The position numbers and the translations under genes were made by a program. Of a stretch of 27,437 bases of DNA, positions 9,694 to 17,557 are shown in pieces (the stretch's first letter is position 1; every line of letters begins with the position of its first letter). The notes below the pieces were generated by a model. It was not told where the DNA came from, did not search any database, and was given only the letters and a program-made list of their open reading frames with translations. This stretch comes from a virus (Duplodnaviria; Caudoviricetes). Where the stretch lies: positions 1 through 27,437 of IMG/VR virus record IMGVR_UViG_3300044627_002380; one strand, given 5' to 3'.

Positions 9694-10499
9694 TGCCTAT
9701 TAACGACCCAGTTAACAATCGCAAGATAGCACCGGCTTCGCTGGCATTCGAACGTCGTAGGCAGACATTCGGCACATACTATGCAGGCGAAGAAACTGAT
9801 GGCGATGTCTACAATTACCAGTATTATATCGACTATAACTACAACGTAACGTTTAACAACATCGTCACTAAACAGTACCTGATAACACAGACCGATGCCA
9901 ACATGAAGGCCATAGCCAACAGCGAGCATAGGTCAAAGCATTGGGTGGGTGATTACAAGCAGTCTTTCCAATGGGATCTAAACGGTAACTGGTCGTTCAT
10001 GACGGACGTGTACACACCTGTTCCGTTTAACAATGAGTTCCTGCGGACGCAGGGCATTCAAAACGAATCACTAGACTATGACGACACCTGGTCATTCCGA
10101 CCAACCGATCAGAACAAAGGCGTCTGGTGGGTGCATACGTACGTGCAGATCAGGTACTCGAACACGTCACAGATTGACGAAGCACGTCTTGCGTATTTCG
10201 TAAACGGTGTGATGTTTCGTATCATTGATATGGTCGACTATCACAACATGGGAGACGGGCCACACATCCGTGACGCTAGGCTGATGGGCGGGGCACACAT
10301 CCCACTCCGTGCTGGTGACAAGCTCGAAGTTAAAATGATAGCAAGAACAGGCGGGCCATCGGAAGAGGGAGGTGTTCTGTTCCCGTCGTCCATCTATGCC
10401 TACATTACAGGCCATCGTGAGAACTGCGAACTGAACACAACGGGCAACACAGCCACAGCCGGCAACGGGTACGTCTTTTACAAGGGCGCCGAGCCTTAA
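9693..10499 (+). CDS. Putative tail tip/receptor-binding protein with C1q/TNF-like C-terminal domain
   Basis: 'VPFNNE...SFRPT...GVWWVHTYV...IPLRAGDKLEV' follows the C1q-like jelly-roll pattern; located at the end of the tail module. Confidence 0.5.
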   Translation: MPINDPVNNRKIAPASLAFERRRQTFGTYYAGEETDGDVYNYQYYIDYNYNVTFNNIVTKQYLITQTDANMKAIANSEHRSKHWVGDYKQSFQWDLNGNWSFMTDVYTPVPFNNEFLRTQGIQNESLDYDDTWSFRPTDQNKGVWWVHTYVQIRYSNTSQIDEARLAYFVNGVMFRIIDMVDYHNMGDGPHIRDARLMGGAHIPLRAGDKLEVKMIARTGGPSEEGGVLFPSSIYAYITGHRENCELNTTGNTATAGNGYVFYKGAEP

Positions 10500-10527
10500 T
10501 AACTGAAACTAATCACAAGGAATTATT

Positions 10528-11067
10528 ATGTCTTGCTTACCCAATACACCAGTAGCTGCCAATGTCTTATCAGCTACGAACTCCACAGATCACGGCTGGC
10601 AAAGCGTCGGCACGGTCATAACGACGGCATTGAGCCAATACTACCCAGTGGCGGCTGCAGTGGTTACGCTCAGTGGAGTTGCACAGACGACACAACAGCA
10701 CGCCATCATCCGTCAAATCGAGTTTGAAGAGACGGCATCAAGCTCTGCTAACATCAAGAAATGCCCTCTGATTGTGCTGCTGTATAACTCGACAGCGCCG
10801 ACGACGCCAACATCCGGTGCTGTCTACAACGGATCGACTACGAACCTACTCGGGGCGTTTACTATTGCTGATACAGATTATAAGCGCGTATCGGACACCG
10901 TTTGGATTGCTAGCATTAAACCAGACAAGTACGTTCGCACAGGCACGGTCTCGACAAGCTCGACGTTCTACGCTGTGGTGCTCTCAAACTCAGGGACTAG
11001 CGTAACCTTTGCCGCTGATGCTGCAGCGAGGCTTCGCCTGTTTACGGAGGCACTGACGGCATTATGA
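10528..11067 (+). CDS. Ser/Thr-rich probable virion protein
   Basis: AAGGA RBS, 179 aa, beta-rich S/T/A composition, end of structural module. Confidence 0.55.
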   Translation: MSCLPNTPVAANVLSATNSTDHGWQSVGTVITTALSQYYPVAAAVVTLSGVAQTTQQHAIIRQIEFEETASSSANIKKCPLIVLLYNSTAPTTPTSGAVYNGSTTNLLGAFTIADTDYKRVSDTVWIASIKPDKYVRTGTVSTSSTFYAVVLSNSGTSVTFAADAAARLRLFTEALTAL

Positions 11068-11195
11068 GAGAACACGTAGTGTTGTTTTTGCGAAGTCTTG
11101 AGATTCTGCTAACATTAGAAATGGAGCCTGTTCGCCGTTCTGAACTCCACAAAATGCACAAGGTGTGGACGGAACGGCTGAAGGCTTTACGATAG
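11064..11195 (+). CDS. 43-aa hypothetical protein (not in ORF track)
   Basis: ATGA overlap with upstream stop; MREHVVLFLRSLEILLTLEMEPVRRSELHKMHKVWTERLKALR. Confidence 0.5.
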   Translation: MREHVVLFLRSLEILLTLEMEPVRRSELHKMHKVWTERLKALR

Positions 11196-11237
11196 ACAAT
11201 AAGGTGACGGATTTGTCTGTTGTGAGTTAGCGATTAC

Positions 11238-11274
11238 AAAGCCCGAAAAAATTTTTTCGGGTTTTTTATTTTTT
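11238..11274 (+). terminator. Terminator ending the late/tail transcript
   Basis: Perfect 20-bp palindrome CCCGAAAAAATTTTTTCGGG (11242-11261) followed by a long T tract. Confidence 0.7.
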
Positions 11275-11276
11275 GT

Positions 11277-11305
11277 TTGCATTGCAAATAAATACCCCGT
11301 AGATT
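11277..11305 (+). promoter_or_regulatory. Putative sigma70-type early promoter with palindrome over the -35
   Basis: TTGCAT-N17-TAGATT, AT-rich upstream; palindrome TTTGCA-T-TGCAAA at 11276-11288. Confidence 0.55.
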
Positions 11306-11343
11306 GCACACAACAAACAACCACAGTATACACGGAGACGACG

Positions 11344-11574
11344 ATGAACACAATCCAAACAAGCCAAGGTGTTAAAAACAGCATTTTTATGTGGGCTTTA
11401 GAAAGCAGTGTATTTGAAGCTATACTTGAGAACATTGCTGCACATTATGGTATTACAAAAGCAGAAGCATTTGATGAAATCACACACGATGAAGCTGAGA
11501 ATTTGCTTGATTATGTAACTGGTAAAGAACGTGTAGCTGTTAGTGTTCTTGCACAGAAGTACGGACTGGTTTAA
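11344..11574 (+). CDS. First early gene, acidic 76-aa hypothetical protein
   Basis: ACACGGAG RBS at 11330-11337; codons visibly AT-richer than the structural genes. Confidence 0.8.
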   Translation: MNTIQTSQGVKNSIFMWALESSVFEAILENIAAHYGITKAEAFDEITHDEAENLLDYVTGKERVAVSVLAQKYGLV

Positions 11575-11633
11575 TATGACGGGGCGCAGCATCCTACACT
11601 GCACAACCAACCACCAACCACACGGAGACCACA

Positions 11634-11780
11634 ATGAAGACACCTATCTACAAGGCTTTCATCCTGACGTCATCAGGTAAGAAAGTCGAAGGCTACGGGA
11701 AAACAATGATGGCAGCCTGCCTAGATGCCAAGGCCAAAGCAGAGGCGCAAGCAAAGGCGAAGACCGGAGGTGCAAAATGA
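11634..11780 (+). CDS. 48-aa basic hypothetical protein (not in ORF track)
   Basis: ACACGGAG RBS at 11620-11627; MKTPIYKAFILTSSGKKVEGYGKTMMAACLDAKAKAEAQAKAKTGGAK; stop overlaps the next ATG. Confidence 0.7.
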   Translation: MKTPIYKAFILTSSGKKVEGYGKTMMAACLDAKAKAEAQAKAKTGGAK

Positions 11781-11962
11781 GCATCTCCATCGAACGCTTC
11801 GTAACGCTGCACATCGAGCTGTTTAAGATCAGCAACCGGCTCTGCGACCTTGCCAAATCCCTTGAATGCGAGGGTGTTGGATATAGCGTAGAGCTATGGG
11901 AAATCATCGATGAGATCTCGGTGGCTGCAGCTAATTCATTAGACGAGACTAAAACGCCATGA
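11777..11962 (+). CDS. 61-aa acidic hypothetical protein
   Basis: GGAGGT RBS; ATGA overlaps at both ends. Confidence 0.7.
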   Translation: MSISIERFVTLHIELFKISNRLCDLAKSLECEGVGYSVELWEIIDEISVAAANSLDETKTP

Positions 11963-12618
11963 TCACCGCCCTTGGCTACTGCCACAAGAGCCGCGCTCAT
12001 TACACGCCTCACGAACGGGTTTTTCTGGCCTCGATTCGTGAGTACAAACCACGCGATGTGGAGGTATTCCGCCAGCACTCGCTCGGTAACTTCGGGACAA
12101 GCTACAATGCCCTGGTAGATACGATGATCCGTGGAGGGCATCGAACATTCGCCATCGCCAACGACGACATCGTGCTGCGCCCTGATAGCTTCCAGCTGCT
12201 GAACGAAGACATAGAGATATGCCAGGGAGAACAACGGCACTGGGGAGTTATAGCAGCACGTGCTGACTACGTGAGGATGGGCCCGCAGAACATACGTTTT
12301 ACCTATGGCATGGAACAGCAACGTACAATCCAGAACCCGCAGGAACTGCAGATCATCGCAGTGCCTAGCGTTGCGCCCCTGCTGGCTGTCTACACACGGG
12401 AGACATGGGTGGACTTCCCACCGATTAACTTTTACAGCGACGACGTGCAGTGCTTCGACATCCGCCAGCGTGGGTATGAGGTGTTCGTGTCACGATCATA
12501 CGTGCACCACGTCGGTTCGCAGACGCTCGGAGTGGCTAACTACGAGGAGGATGCAAAAAATTCTAGGGAGTGGCTTTTGGAAAATAGACGGGATTTCGTT
12601 AGTATTGCAATGCAATAA
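11959..12618 (+). CDS. Glycosyltransferase family 2-like protein
   Basis: 'FGTSYNAL...FAIANDDIVL' (NDD motif) and 'FYSDDVQCFDIRQRGYEVFVSRSYVHHVGSQT' are typical GT2 motifs. Confidence 0.8.
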   Translation: MITALGYCHKSRAHYTPHERVFLASIREYKPRDVEVFRQHSLGNFGTSYNALVDTMIRGGHRTFAIANDDIVLRPDSFQLLNEDIEICQGEQRHWGVIAARADYVRMGPQNIRFTYGMEQQRTIQNPQELQIIAVPSVAPLLAVYTRETWVDFPPINFYSDDVQCFDIRQRGYEVFVSRSYVHHVGSQTLGVANYEEDAKNSREWLLENRRDFVSIAMQ

Positions 12619-12667
12619 ATCAACCACGGTAGATAACCTACCAACACACAAATTACACGGAGTTTTT

Positions 12668-12883
12668 ATGCGACTCAGCATTGAGTTCAAGACCGGACGC
12701 TACGATGGGAACCTATGGTTCCGCGTCACACCTCGCATCGAGGGATCACATCGTCAACGCCTGCTGACTGTTGGCGTGTTCCTGACAGTTCTAACAATCG
12801 GCATGTTCGCCCTGGCTGGTACAATATCACCAGATCCGATGATCAAACCAGATCAGACAGTAACCTTGTGGGGGAACCGATGA
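12668..12883 (+). CDS. 71-aa membrane protein
   Basis: ACACGGAG RBS at 12655-12662; one TM segment LLTVGVFLTVLTIGMFALAG. It is the C-terminal part of track ORF 12305..12883. Confidence 0.7.
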   Translation: MRLSIEFKTGRYDGNLWFRVTPRIEGSHRQRLLTVGVFLTVLTIGMFALAGTISPDPMIKPDQTVTLWGNR

Positions 12884-13227
12884 ATAAGCAAGCTGAACTT
12901 ATGAATGCCTATAAACTGCTGGCAATAGCAGCACAGGCATACTGGGAAGACTATTACGTCAACCACGGCCCTGATGAGAACGTTACGTATAAGCTGCATT
13001 GTGAGCTTGAGAACTGCCTACATTTAGTCAATAGCATCAAGGCATCGCAGTTTGAATACCAAGTCGTTGAGTTTACAGATCCTGATGCATACTGTCCACC
13101 TCGGCCGCAGTGGACTCTGCACAGAGTCTATGGTAATGGCGATGTGTTAAAAACAACACAATTTTTTGTCCATAAGGATAATGCTGAACGTGCCTGCAAA
13201 GAACTGAACGAGGCTTTCAATGACTGA
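12880..13227 (+). CDS. Hypothetical protein
   Basis: ATGA overlap at 12880 (MNKQAELM...); the longer track start overlaps the upstream gene. Confidence 0.65.
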   Translation: MNKQAELMNAYKLLAIAAQAYWEDYYVNHGPDENVTYKLHCELENCLHLVNSIKASQFEYQVVEFTDPDAYCPPRPQWTLHRVYGNGDVLKTTQFFVHKDNAERACKELNEAFND

Positions 13228-13414
13228 CAAGCCTCTAACTCGTGAGATCCCTATCTCTGTTCTCCGCAAGTGGGTAGACGACCTCGGAGTCATCATCGAC
13301 CGCGTAGAGAAGGCCACAACACTCCAAGAGTGCCGCTACAACATCAACGACATCTGGGAGGTGGCGATGGAAATAGACGATGAGTATATCGAGGGGTACC
13401 GTGTCACAAAGTAA
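13220..13414 (+). CDS. 64-aa hypothetical protein
   Basis: GAGG RBS; 8-nt overlap with upstream gene. Confidence 0.65.
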   Translation: MTDKPLTREIPISVLRKWVDDLGVIIDRVEKATTLQECRYNINDIWEVAMEIDDEYIEGYRVTK

Positions 13415-13586
13415 GCGAGGGAGGCCACGCGGCCGCAAGCCTAGCTATAACCCAAACGTTATATTCCGCATCCCTGACGAACACAACAACCACCTAAAAG
13501 ACATCGCCCAGTCAGAAGGCATTACAAAGTCGGAACTGCTGAGAAGACTGGTGATCGATTACATAAATTTCTACACGGAGAACTGA
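13401..13586 (+). CDS. Ribbon-helix-helix (CopG/Arc-like) DNA-binding protein with N-terminal RGRP arm
   Basis: 'VIFRIPDEHNNHLKDIAQSEGITKSELLRRLVIDYI' fits the RHH pattern; GTG 13401 follows GAGGGG. Confidence 0.8.
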   Translation: MSQSKRGRPRGRKPSYNPNVIFRIPDEHNNHLKDIAQSEGITKSELLRRLVIDYINFYTEN

Positions 13587-13588
13587 AC

Positions 13589-14443
13589 ATGATCTGGAAC
13601 CTAGATAAGCCCAAGCCAGCACCTCTATTCCGTTACGACGACGGAGGCGACCGGTTCTATGCACGGGTTAACGACGTCGACGTCAAATGGTATCCATCCG
13701 TAACACGGATAATCAAGGCTACGTCGCCAACGCCACAAGGCCTGATGGCATGGTATGCCAAGCATGGCATGGAAGGTGCCAACCAACTGCGTGATGAGGC
13801 CGCTGAACGTGGTACACAGATGCACATCTTGTTAGAACGGTACATGGCAGGGCAGACAATCGAAATGGCAGCATTGTCTGAGTTCCACAGTAAGGCCCTC
13901 ATGTCATTCGACGCCTTCTATCGTCAGGATGTGGCAGAAGTCTACGCTGTTGAGATGTTACTATACAGCGACCGGCACGAGTTTGCAGGAACGTGCGATC
14001 TTGTATGCAAGCTCAATAATGGCAAGGTTGCTATCGTTGATTTCAAGAGCGGATCGTCTGTATACGATGACTATGCCGTGCAACTGGAGATGTACCGCCT
14101 CGCATGGAACGAACATGCCGAAGCGCACGGGTGGCCTGTCGTGACTGAGATATACAACTGGCTGCCGAAGGACTGGCGAACAGAGCCAACATGGCATTGG
14201 AAACGTCAGACTGGAGAGGTGAGCCTGAACGAAATAGCTGCTCGCTGTGTGCTGTTTAAATCGATGAACGGCACCCTCCGCACACCACGTGAAAAGAAAA
14301 TTTACACGGGAACCTTGCCTGGACAAGCTACAATCGAGATCGTGCGCCCTGAAGACATCGCAAGGGCTGCCTACGAACGGCTGGCAAACAACGACGAAAC
14401 ACTGACCGACGACGACTGGCTTCTCTCCGTGGGCCACTCGTAA
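13589..14443 (+). CDS. PD-(D/E)XK exonuclease (RecB/Cas4-like phage family)
   Basis: 'YPSVTRII', 'RGTQMH', 'AGTCDLV', 'IVDFKSG', 'QLEMY' motifs. Confidence 0.85.
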   Translation: MIWNLDKPKPAPLFRYDDGGDRFYARVNDVDVKWYPSVTRIIKATSPTPQGLMAWYAKHGMEGANQLRDEAAERGTQMHILLERYMAGQTIEMAALSEFHSKALMSFDAFYRQDVAEVYAVEMLLYSDRHEFAGTCDLVCKLNNGKVAIVDFKSGSSVYDDYAVQLEMYRLAWNEHAEAHGWPVVTEIYNWLPKDWRTEPTWHWKRQTGEVSLNEIAARCVLFKSMNGTLRTPREKKIYTGTLPGQATIEIVRPEDIARAAYERLANNDETLTDDDWLLSVGHS

Positions 14444-14445
14444 AC

Positions 14446-14494
14446 CGTGCCGGTGTCTGTTGTGGTTGACAGGCACCGGTGCGTATTTTTTTTT
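14446..14494 (+). terminator. Rho-independent terminator
   Basis: About 16-bp stem CGTGCCGGTGTCTGTT/GACAGGCACCGGTGCG (several G-U pairs) followed by T9. Confidence 0.8.
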
Positions 14495-14520
14495 CAGCCA
14501 CACTAACACCGGAGAGCCTT

Positions 14521-14985
14521 ATGGCCAACCACATTTTAACAGCGCTGGTACAACTTAAATGCCAGCTACATAAACAGCTCGAAGCAATCGAGCTGCTTGA
14601 GAACTCTATGGCACAGATTAACATAGACGTGTTGCCTCTGATGCCAGATGCCAAGCCAAAACGTGAGGTTATAGAGGTACGTCGTAAGTACCAGCCGACA
14701 ACGCAACTGCCTAATGATTCAAATAAATTGCAGGCAAGAATTGCAGATATATATCAAATTTCGGGAGGATATTCATTTTTTGAACATGCTAAGAATGCAG
14801 CAGAAGGCCGTCACTACATAACATTTCATAAACGGCAAAATCAGTTACGCGTAATAGATTACAGCGCAAAAACATCAACTGGCAGGCCCAAAATGTACGC
14901 ACTGGGGATACTGCCTAAAAAGTATAATCTAGATCAAGCTCGTCAAATACTGATGGACTATCACGAGTCAAACCGTCCATCTTAA
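14521..14985 (+). CDS. Hypothetical protein
   Basis: ATG 14521 after ACACCGGAG; N-terminal coiled-coil-like segment, basic C-terminal part. Confidence 0.65.
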   Translation: MANHILTALVQLKCQLHKQLEAIELLENSMAQINIDVLPLMPDAKPKREVIEVRRKYQPTTQLPNDSNKLQARIADIYQISGGYSFFEHAKNAAEGRHYITFHKRQNQLRVIDYSAKTSTGRPKMYALGILPKKYNLDQARQILMDYHESNRPS

Positions 14986-15018
14986 CCCCCTTTTTTTACC
15001 TTTTCAGGATCACCTACC

Positions 15019-15672
15019 ATGGGTTTTCAATCATCATCCGTGGCAACAAATGCCACTTACTTCACCCTCAGCGATGGCAAGTGCCGCATTCGCCTTCGTG
15101 AGGCCACACCCGAGTCAGTATCTCGTGTGACCAAGGACGGGAACACTGTGCACGAATTAGTGCACGATGAGTTCACAGGTCTCGTGCGGGCCATCGAGGT
15201 TGCCGATACCGACTTCGGTAAGCAGTGGCGGATCACCTTCGTCGATGCGCCTTATACCTACGTTCTCACACTCAAGTACAGTTCTAACTATGGCAAAACA
15301 CTCATACAGGCGCTCTGCAATCCCGAGTGGGATGCAACGTTGGACACAACAGTCAAGCCTTACAGCTTCTCACCAAAGGACGACGCCAGCAGAGTCATCA
15401 CCGGCTGCACTGTCTCACAGCGTGGCAAGAAAATTGAGCGCCTCTACTGTAGTTCCATCAACCCCGTCGATGGGAAGATCATTTTACCAGATTTGGAAAA
15501 AGTCAAGGTACGCGGTCAAGAGATATGGGACGACACAAAGCAGATGGAGTTCCTACTATCTGAGTTCCAAGCTAAGTTGAGCCCGAAGCTACAACGCAAT
15601 GATCGTGTTGTTGCCGTCAACGAAACGTTACCACCATCCCTAGGAGACGACGATGCAACGCTCCCTTTCTGA
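15019..15672 (+). CDS. Probable single-stranded DNA-binding protein
   Basis: Beta-rich body, acidic C-terminal tail 'GDDDATLPF', located in the recombination/replication module. Confidence 0.65.
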   Translation: MGFQSSSVATNATYFTLSDGKCRIRLREATPESVSRVTKDGNTVHELVHDEFTGLVRAIEVADTDFGKQWRITFVDAPYTYVLTLKYSSNYGKTLIQALCNPEWDATLDTTVKPYSFSPKDDASRVITGCTVSQRGKKIERLYCSSINPVDGKIILPDLEKVKVRGQEIWDDTKQMEFLLSEFQAKLSPKLQRNDRVVAVNETLPPSLGDDDATLPF

Positions 15673-16156
15673 CGTCTGGAAACAACTCTGTGAGCATAGC
15701 GACCCGAAAATGCTTGCCTACATTCCTATTGTACAGAACATAGCAGCACGCAAGGAAGGTAACTGCATCCAGTTAAGAATACAGGTAATACGCAACAACG
15801 TAAGATGTACCCGCACCGTTGCCTGTGGTAACTTTATCGCCTTCGTAAGTGCATTCAACAAGCTGCAGGAAGAACTGGCTGCCTTCATAGATTCCAACGG
15901 GGCCGTAGTGCCAGCGAAGGATCCAAACTACGATCAGCGACAAATCACGATCATCAAGAAATACCTTGACAAGAAACGTGCTGAGTACGCCGAAACCGAG
16001 CATGCCAAGAGGCAAGCACTCGAAATCCATATCAGCAAGACCATAGGCAAAGTACGCCCGATGATTGACTCCGTGCTGAACAGGTACAGACCGGTAGTCG
16101 ATCAGTTCGCATATGTTAACGTATACGGACGACCAGTAGAGAAATCTTTTTACTAA
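15653..16156 (+). CDS. Hypothetical protein
   Basis: GGAGA RBS before ATG 15653; 167 aa, basic. Confidence 0.65.
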   Translation: MQRSLSDVWKQLCEHSDPKMLAYIPIVQNIAARKEGNCIQLRIQVIRNNVRCTRTVACGNFIAFVSAFNKLQEELAAFIDSNGAVVPAKDPNYDQRQITIIKKYLDKKRAEYAETEHAKRQALEIHISKTIGKVRPMIDSVLNRYRPVVDQFAYVNVYGRPVEKSFY

Positions 16157-16230
16157 CCAATAAGCAGGGTATGCCCCTGCGTGTCGGTAGTAAATGCCAA
16201 CACAGCAACGCCTGTGGTGGAGTTTGGAAC

Positions 16231-16266
16231 GAGGGCCGGTTGTGGAAGGCCGGCCCTTATTTTTTT
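16231..16266 (+). terminator. Rho-independent terminator
   Basis: AGGGCCGGT/GCCGGCCCT stem followed by TATTTTTTT. Confidence 0.75.
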
Positions 16267-16283
16267 AACTACTAAACATTACC

Positions 16284-16493
16284 ATGAACCTCCCCCTCGA
16301 CATCGCCGTCTGCATAGGCGGCCCATGTGCACAGAAAGACAAGTGCGCCCGCTGGGTTGTTTACGACAGCATGGTCAGAGCCAAAGACGACGGCAAAACA
16401 GACTTCGACCCTCGGGTCATAATCACCACCCCACCGTTCACATACGACGATGGGTGTTTCTATTTTATGCCAACAACACGGAGTGAGCCATGA
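16284..16493 (+). CDS. Small Cys-rich phage protein
   Basis: 'DIAVC-x4-C-x4-CARW...PPF...CFYF' pattern, possibly metal-binding. Confidence 0.7.
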   Translation: MNLPLDIAVCIGGPCAQKDKCARWVVYDSMVRAKDDGKTDFDPRVIITTPPFTYDDGCFYFMPTTRSEP

Positions 16494-16804
16494 GTGAGTG
16501 GATAACAGATAGACTGCCTATAAAACAAGAAACAGTAAGTGGCAATGTTATATGTTGTCGATGGGGCCACATTAATCTACTGCAATGGTATAAGATCGAA
16601 GCAGGCGAACCATGGATGCCGATTCCGAAACCAGATATGTATGTCAAACCAAAACGGTGGACGGTGGAGTGGTATGACCCCAATAATTGCTGGCATGTAA
16701 TAGACAGTACGATTGATGGTGTTATGGGTTATCTGCATTTGGAATTAACCCACGCCGACGCCGCCCAACGCATTGCAGACATTTATAACGAGGTGATGCC
16801 ATGA
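16490..16804 (+). CDS. Hypothetical protein (DUF551-like N-terminus)
   Basis: 'MSEWITDRLP...WMPIPKP'; ACACGGAG RBS at 16476-16483. Confidence 0.65.
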   Translation: MSEWITDRLPIKQETVSGNVICCRWGHINLLQWYKIEAGEPWMPIPKPDMYVKPKRWTVEWYDPNNCWHVIDSTIDGVMGYLHLELTHADAAQRIADIYNEVMP

Positions 16805-17004
16805 ACCGCGACGACTTCCGCAAAGCCCTCGATGCTGAACGTGAACTAATCATCTCACGTCCATCGCCTCTGCCGCCCTGGGCACGTCAGGCTGTCGTAT
16901 ACACTACAACGCTGGCCTTCGTGGCTGCAGTGGCTGGCATCGGTGCCGTAGCACTGGGGATAGCTTACGTGGCTATCAAGTTTTTAGCTTTCATAATTCT
17001 TTAA
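16801..17004 (+). CDS. Small membrane protein
   Basis: GAGGTG RBS; long hydrophobic C-terminal half. Confidence 0.65.
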   Translation: MNRDDFRKALDAERELIISRPSPLPPWARQAVVYTTTLAFVAAVAGIGAVALGIAYVAIKFLAFIIL

Positions 17005-17011
17005 CATCTAC

Positions 17012-17554
17012 ACACGGAGAACAACTTGATTTACGCTAAACCAACCAGATACAACGGCATAACGTTTCGTTCAAGATTAGAGGCGAGATGGGCTGTTTAT
17101 TTTGACGCAATTGGGATTACATATGAGTATGAAATGGAAAGGTATGACTTTACACCTGATATGTCATATTTACCTGACTTTTATTTGCGTGAAGTCAACA
17201 TGTGGGCGGAAATTAAACCAGTACAATTAGACGGTATCGAATTAACAAAGGTTGAATACCTAGTATTAACTACAGGAAAACCATGTTTATTACTTGTTGG
17301 AAGTCCTCAAGCCAAACCATATGAGGCAATATATTTTCAAAGAAGCCATGACAATTTGAGAAATTCAACTCAATCATATTGGCATGCTCTTTCAAATTAT
17401 CATGATTACCCACAATATGAGGGTAGGTTCTATATCGAAGATTCGCCTAATTCATTTGGTGGTGAATTTGCAATAAATGGCGAGTATCACGATGCTGTGC
17501 TAGCATCAATTAAGGCAAAAAACGCCTTCAAATTTATTTAACACGGAGAACAAC
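17012..17554 (+). repeat. 14-bp direct repeat ACACGGAGAACAAC flanking the endonuclease gene
   Basis: Identical copies at 17012-17025 and 17541-17554. Confidence 0.9.
17026..17541 (+). CDS. PD-(D/E)XK-like endonuclease domain protein
   Basis: 'FRSRLEARWAVYFD...YEYE...YLPDFYL...WAEIKP'; TTG start after ACACGGAG; AT-rich. Confidence 0.7.
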   Translation: MIYAKPTRYNGITFRSRLEARWAVYFDAIGITYEYEMERYDFTPDMSYLPDFYLREVNMWAEIKPVQLDGIELTKVEYLVLTTGKPCLLLVGSPQAKPYEAIYFQRSHDNLRNSTQSYWHALSNYHDYPQYEGRFYIEDSPNSFGGEFAINGEYHDAVLASIKAKNAFKFI

Positions 17555-17557
17555 CAC

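Noticed and set aside
11276-11308. Bacteroidota-type promoter (TTTG-N20-TAnnTTTG)
   Set aside because: The -7 element reads TAGATTGC (two mismatches); a sigma70 reading with a 17-bp spacer fits as well and SD use is strong, so no host is inferred.
12305-12667. 5' extension of track ORF 12305..12883, and likewise the starts at 12715, 14479, 20316 and 3025
   Set aside because: They overlap real genes or terminators; downstream starts have RBSs or stop-start coupling.
13589-14443. Cas4-like nuclease as evidence of a CRISPR system
   Set aside because: No array, no other cas genes and no Fe-S cysteine set; an ordinary phage exonuclease.
15007-15015. GGATCACCT, matching the 16S rRNA 3' end, before the SSB-like gene
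   Set aside because: Only 9 nt with no other rRNA similarity; the overlapping AGGA is adequately explained as an RBS.
16181-16486. 101-aa track ORF
   Set aside because: Runs through a terminator and overlaps the better-supported 16284 gene.
16497-16505. Near-DnaA boxes AGTGGATAA here and TGTGGATAG at 1979
   Set aside because: One mismatch each, inside coding sequence (Trp-Ile codons); expected by chance.
16801-17004. Hydrophobic ORF as a holin
   Set aside because: Lies in the early/replication region with no adjacent endolysin.
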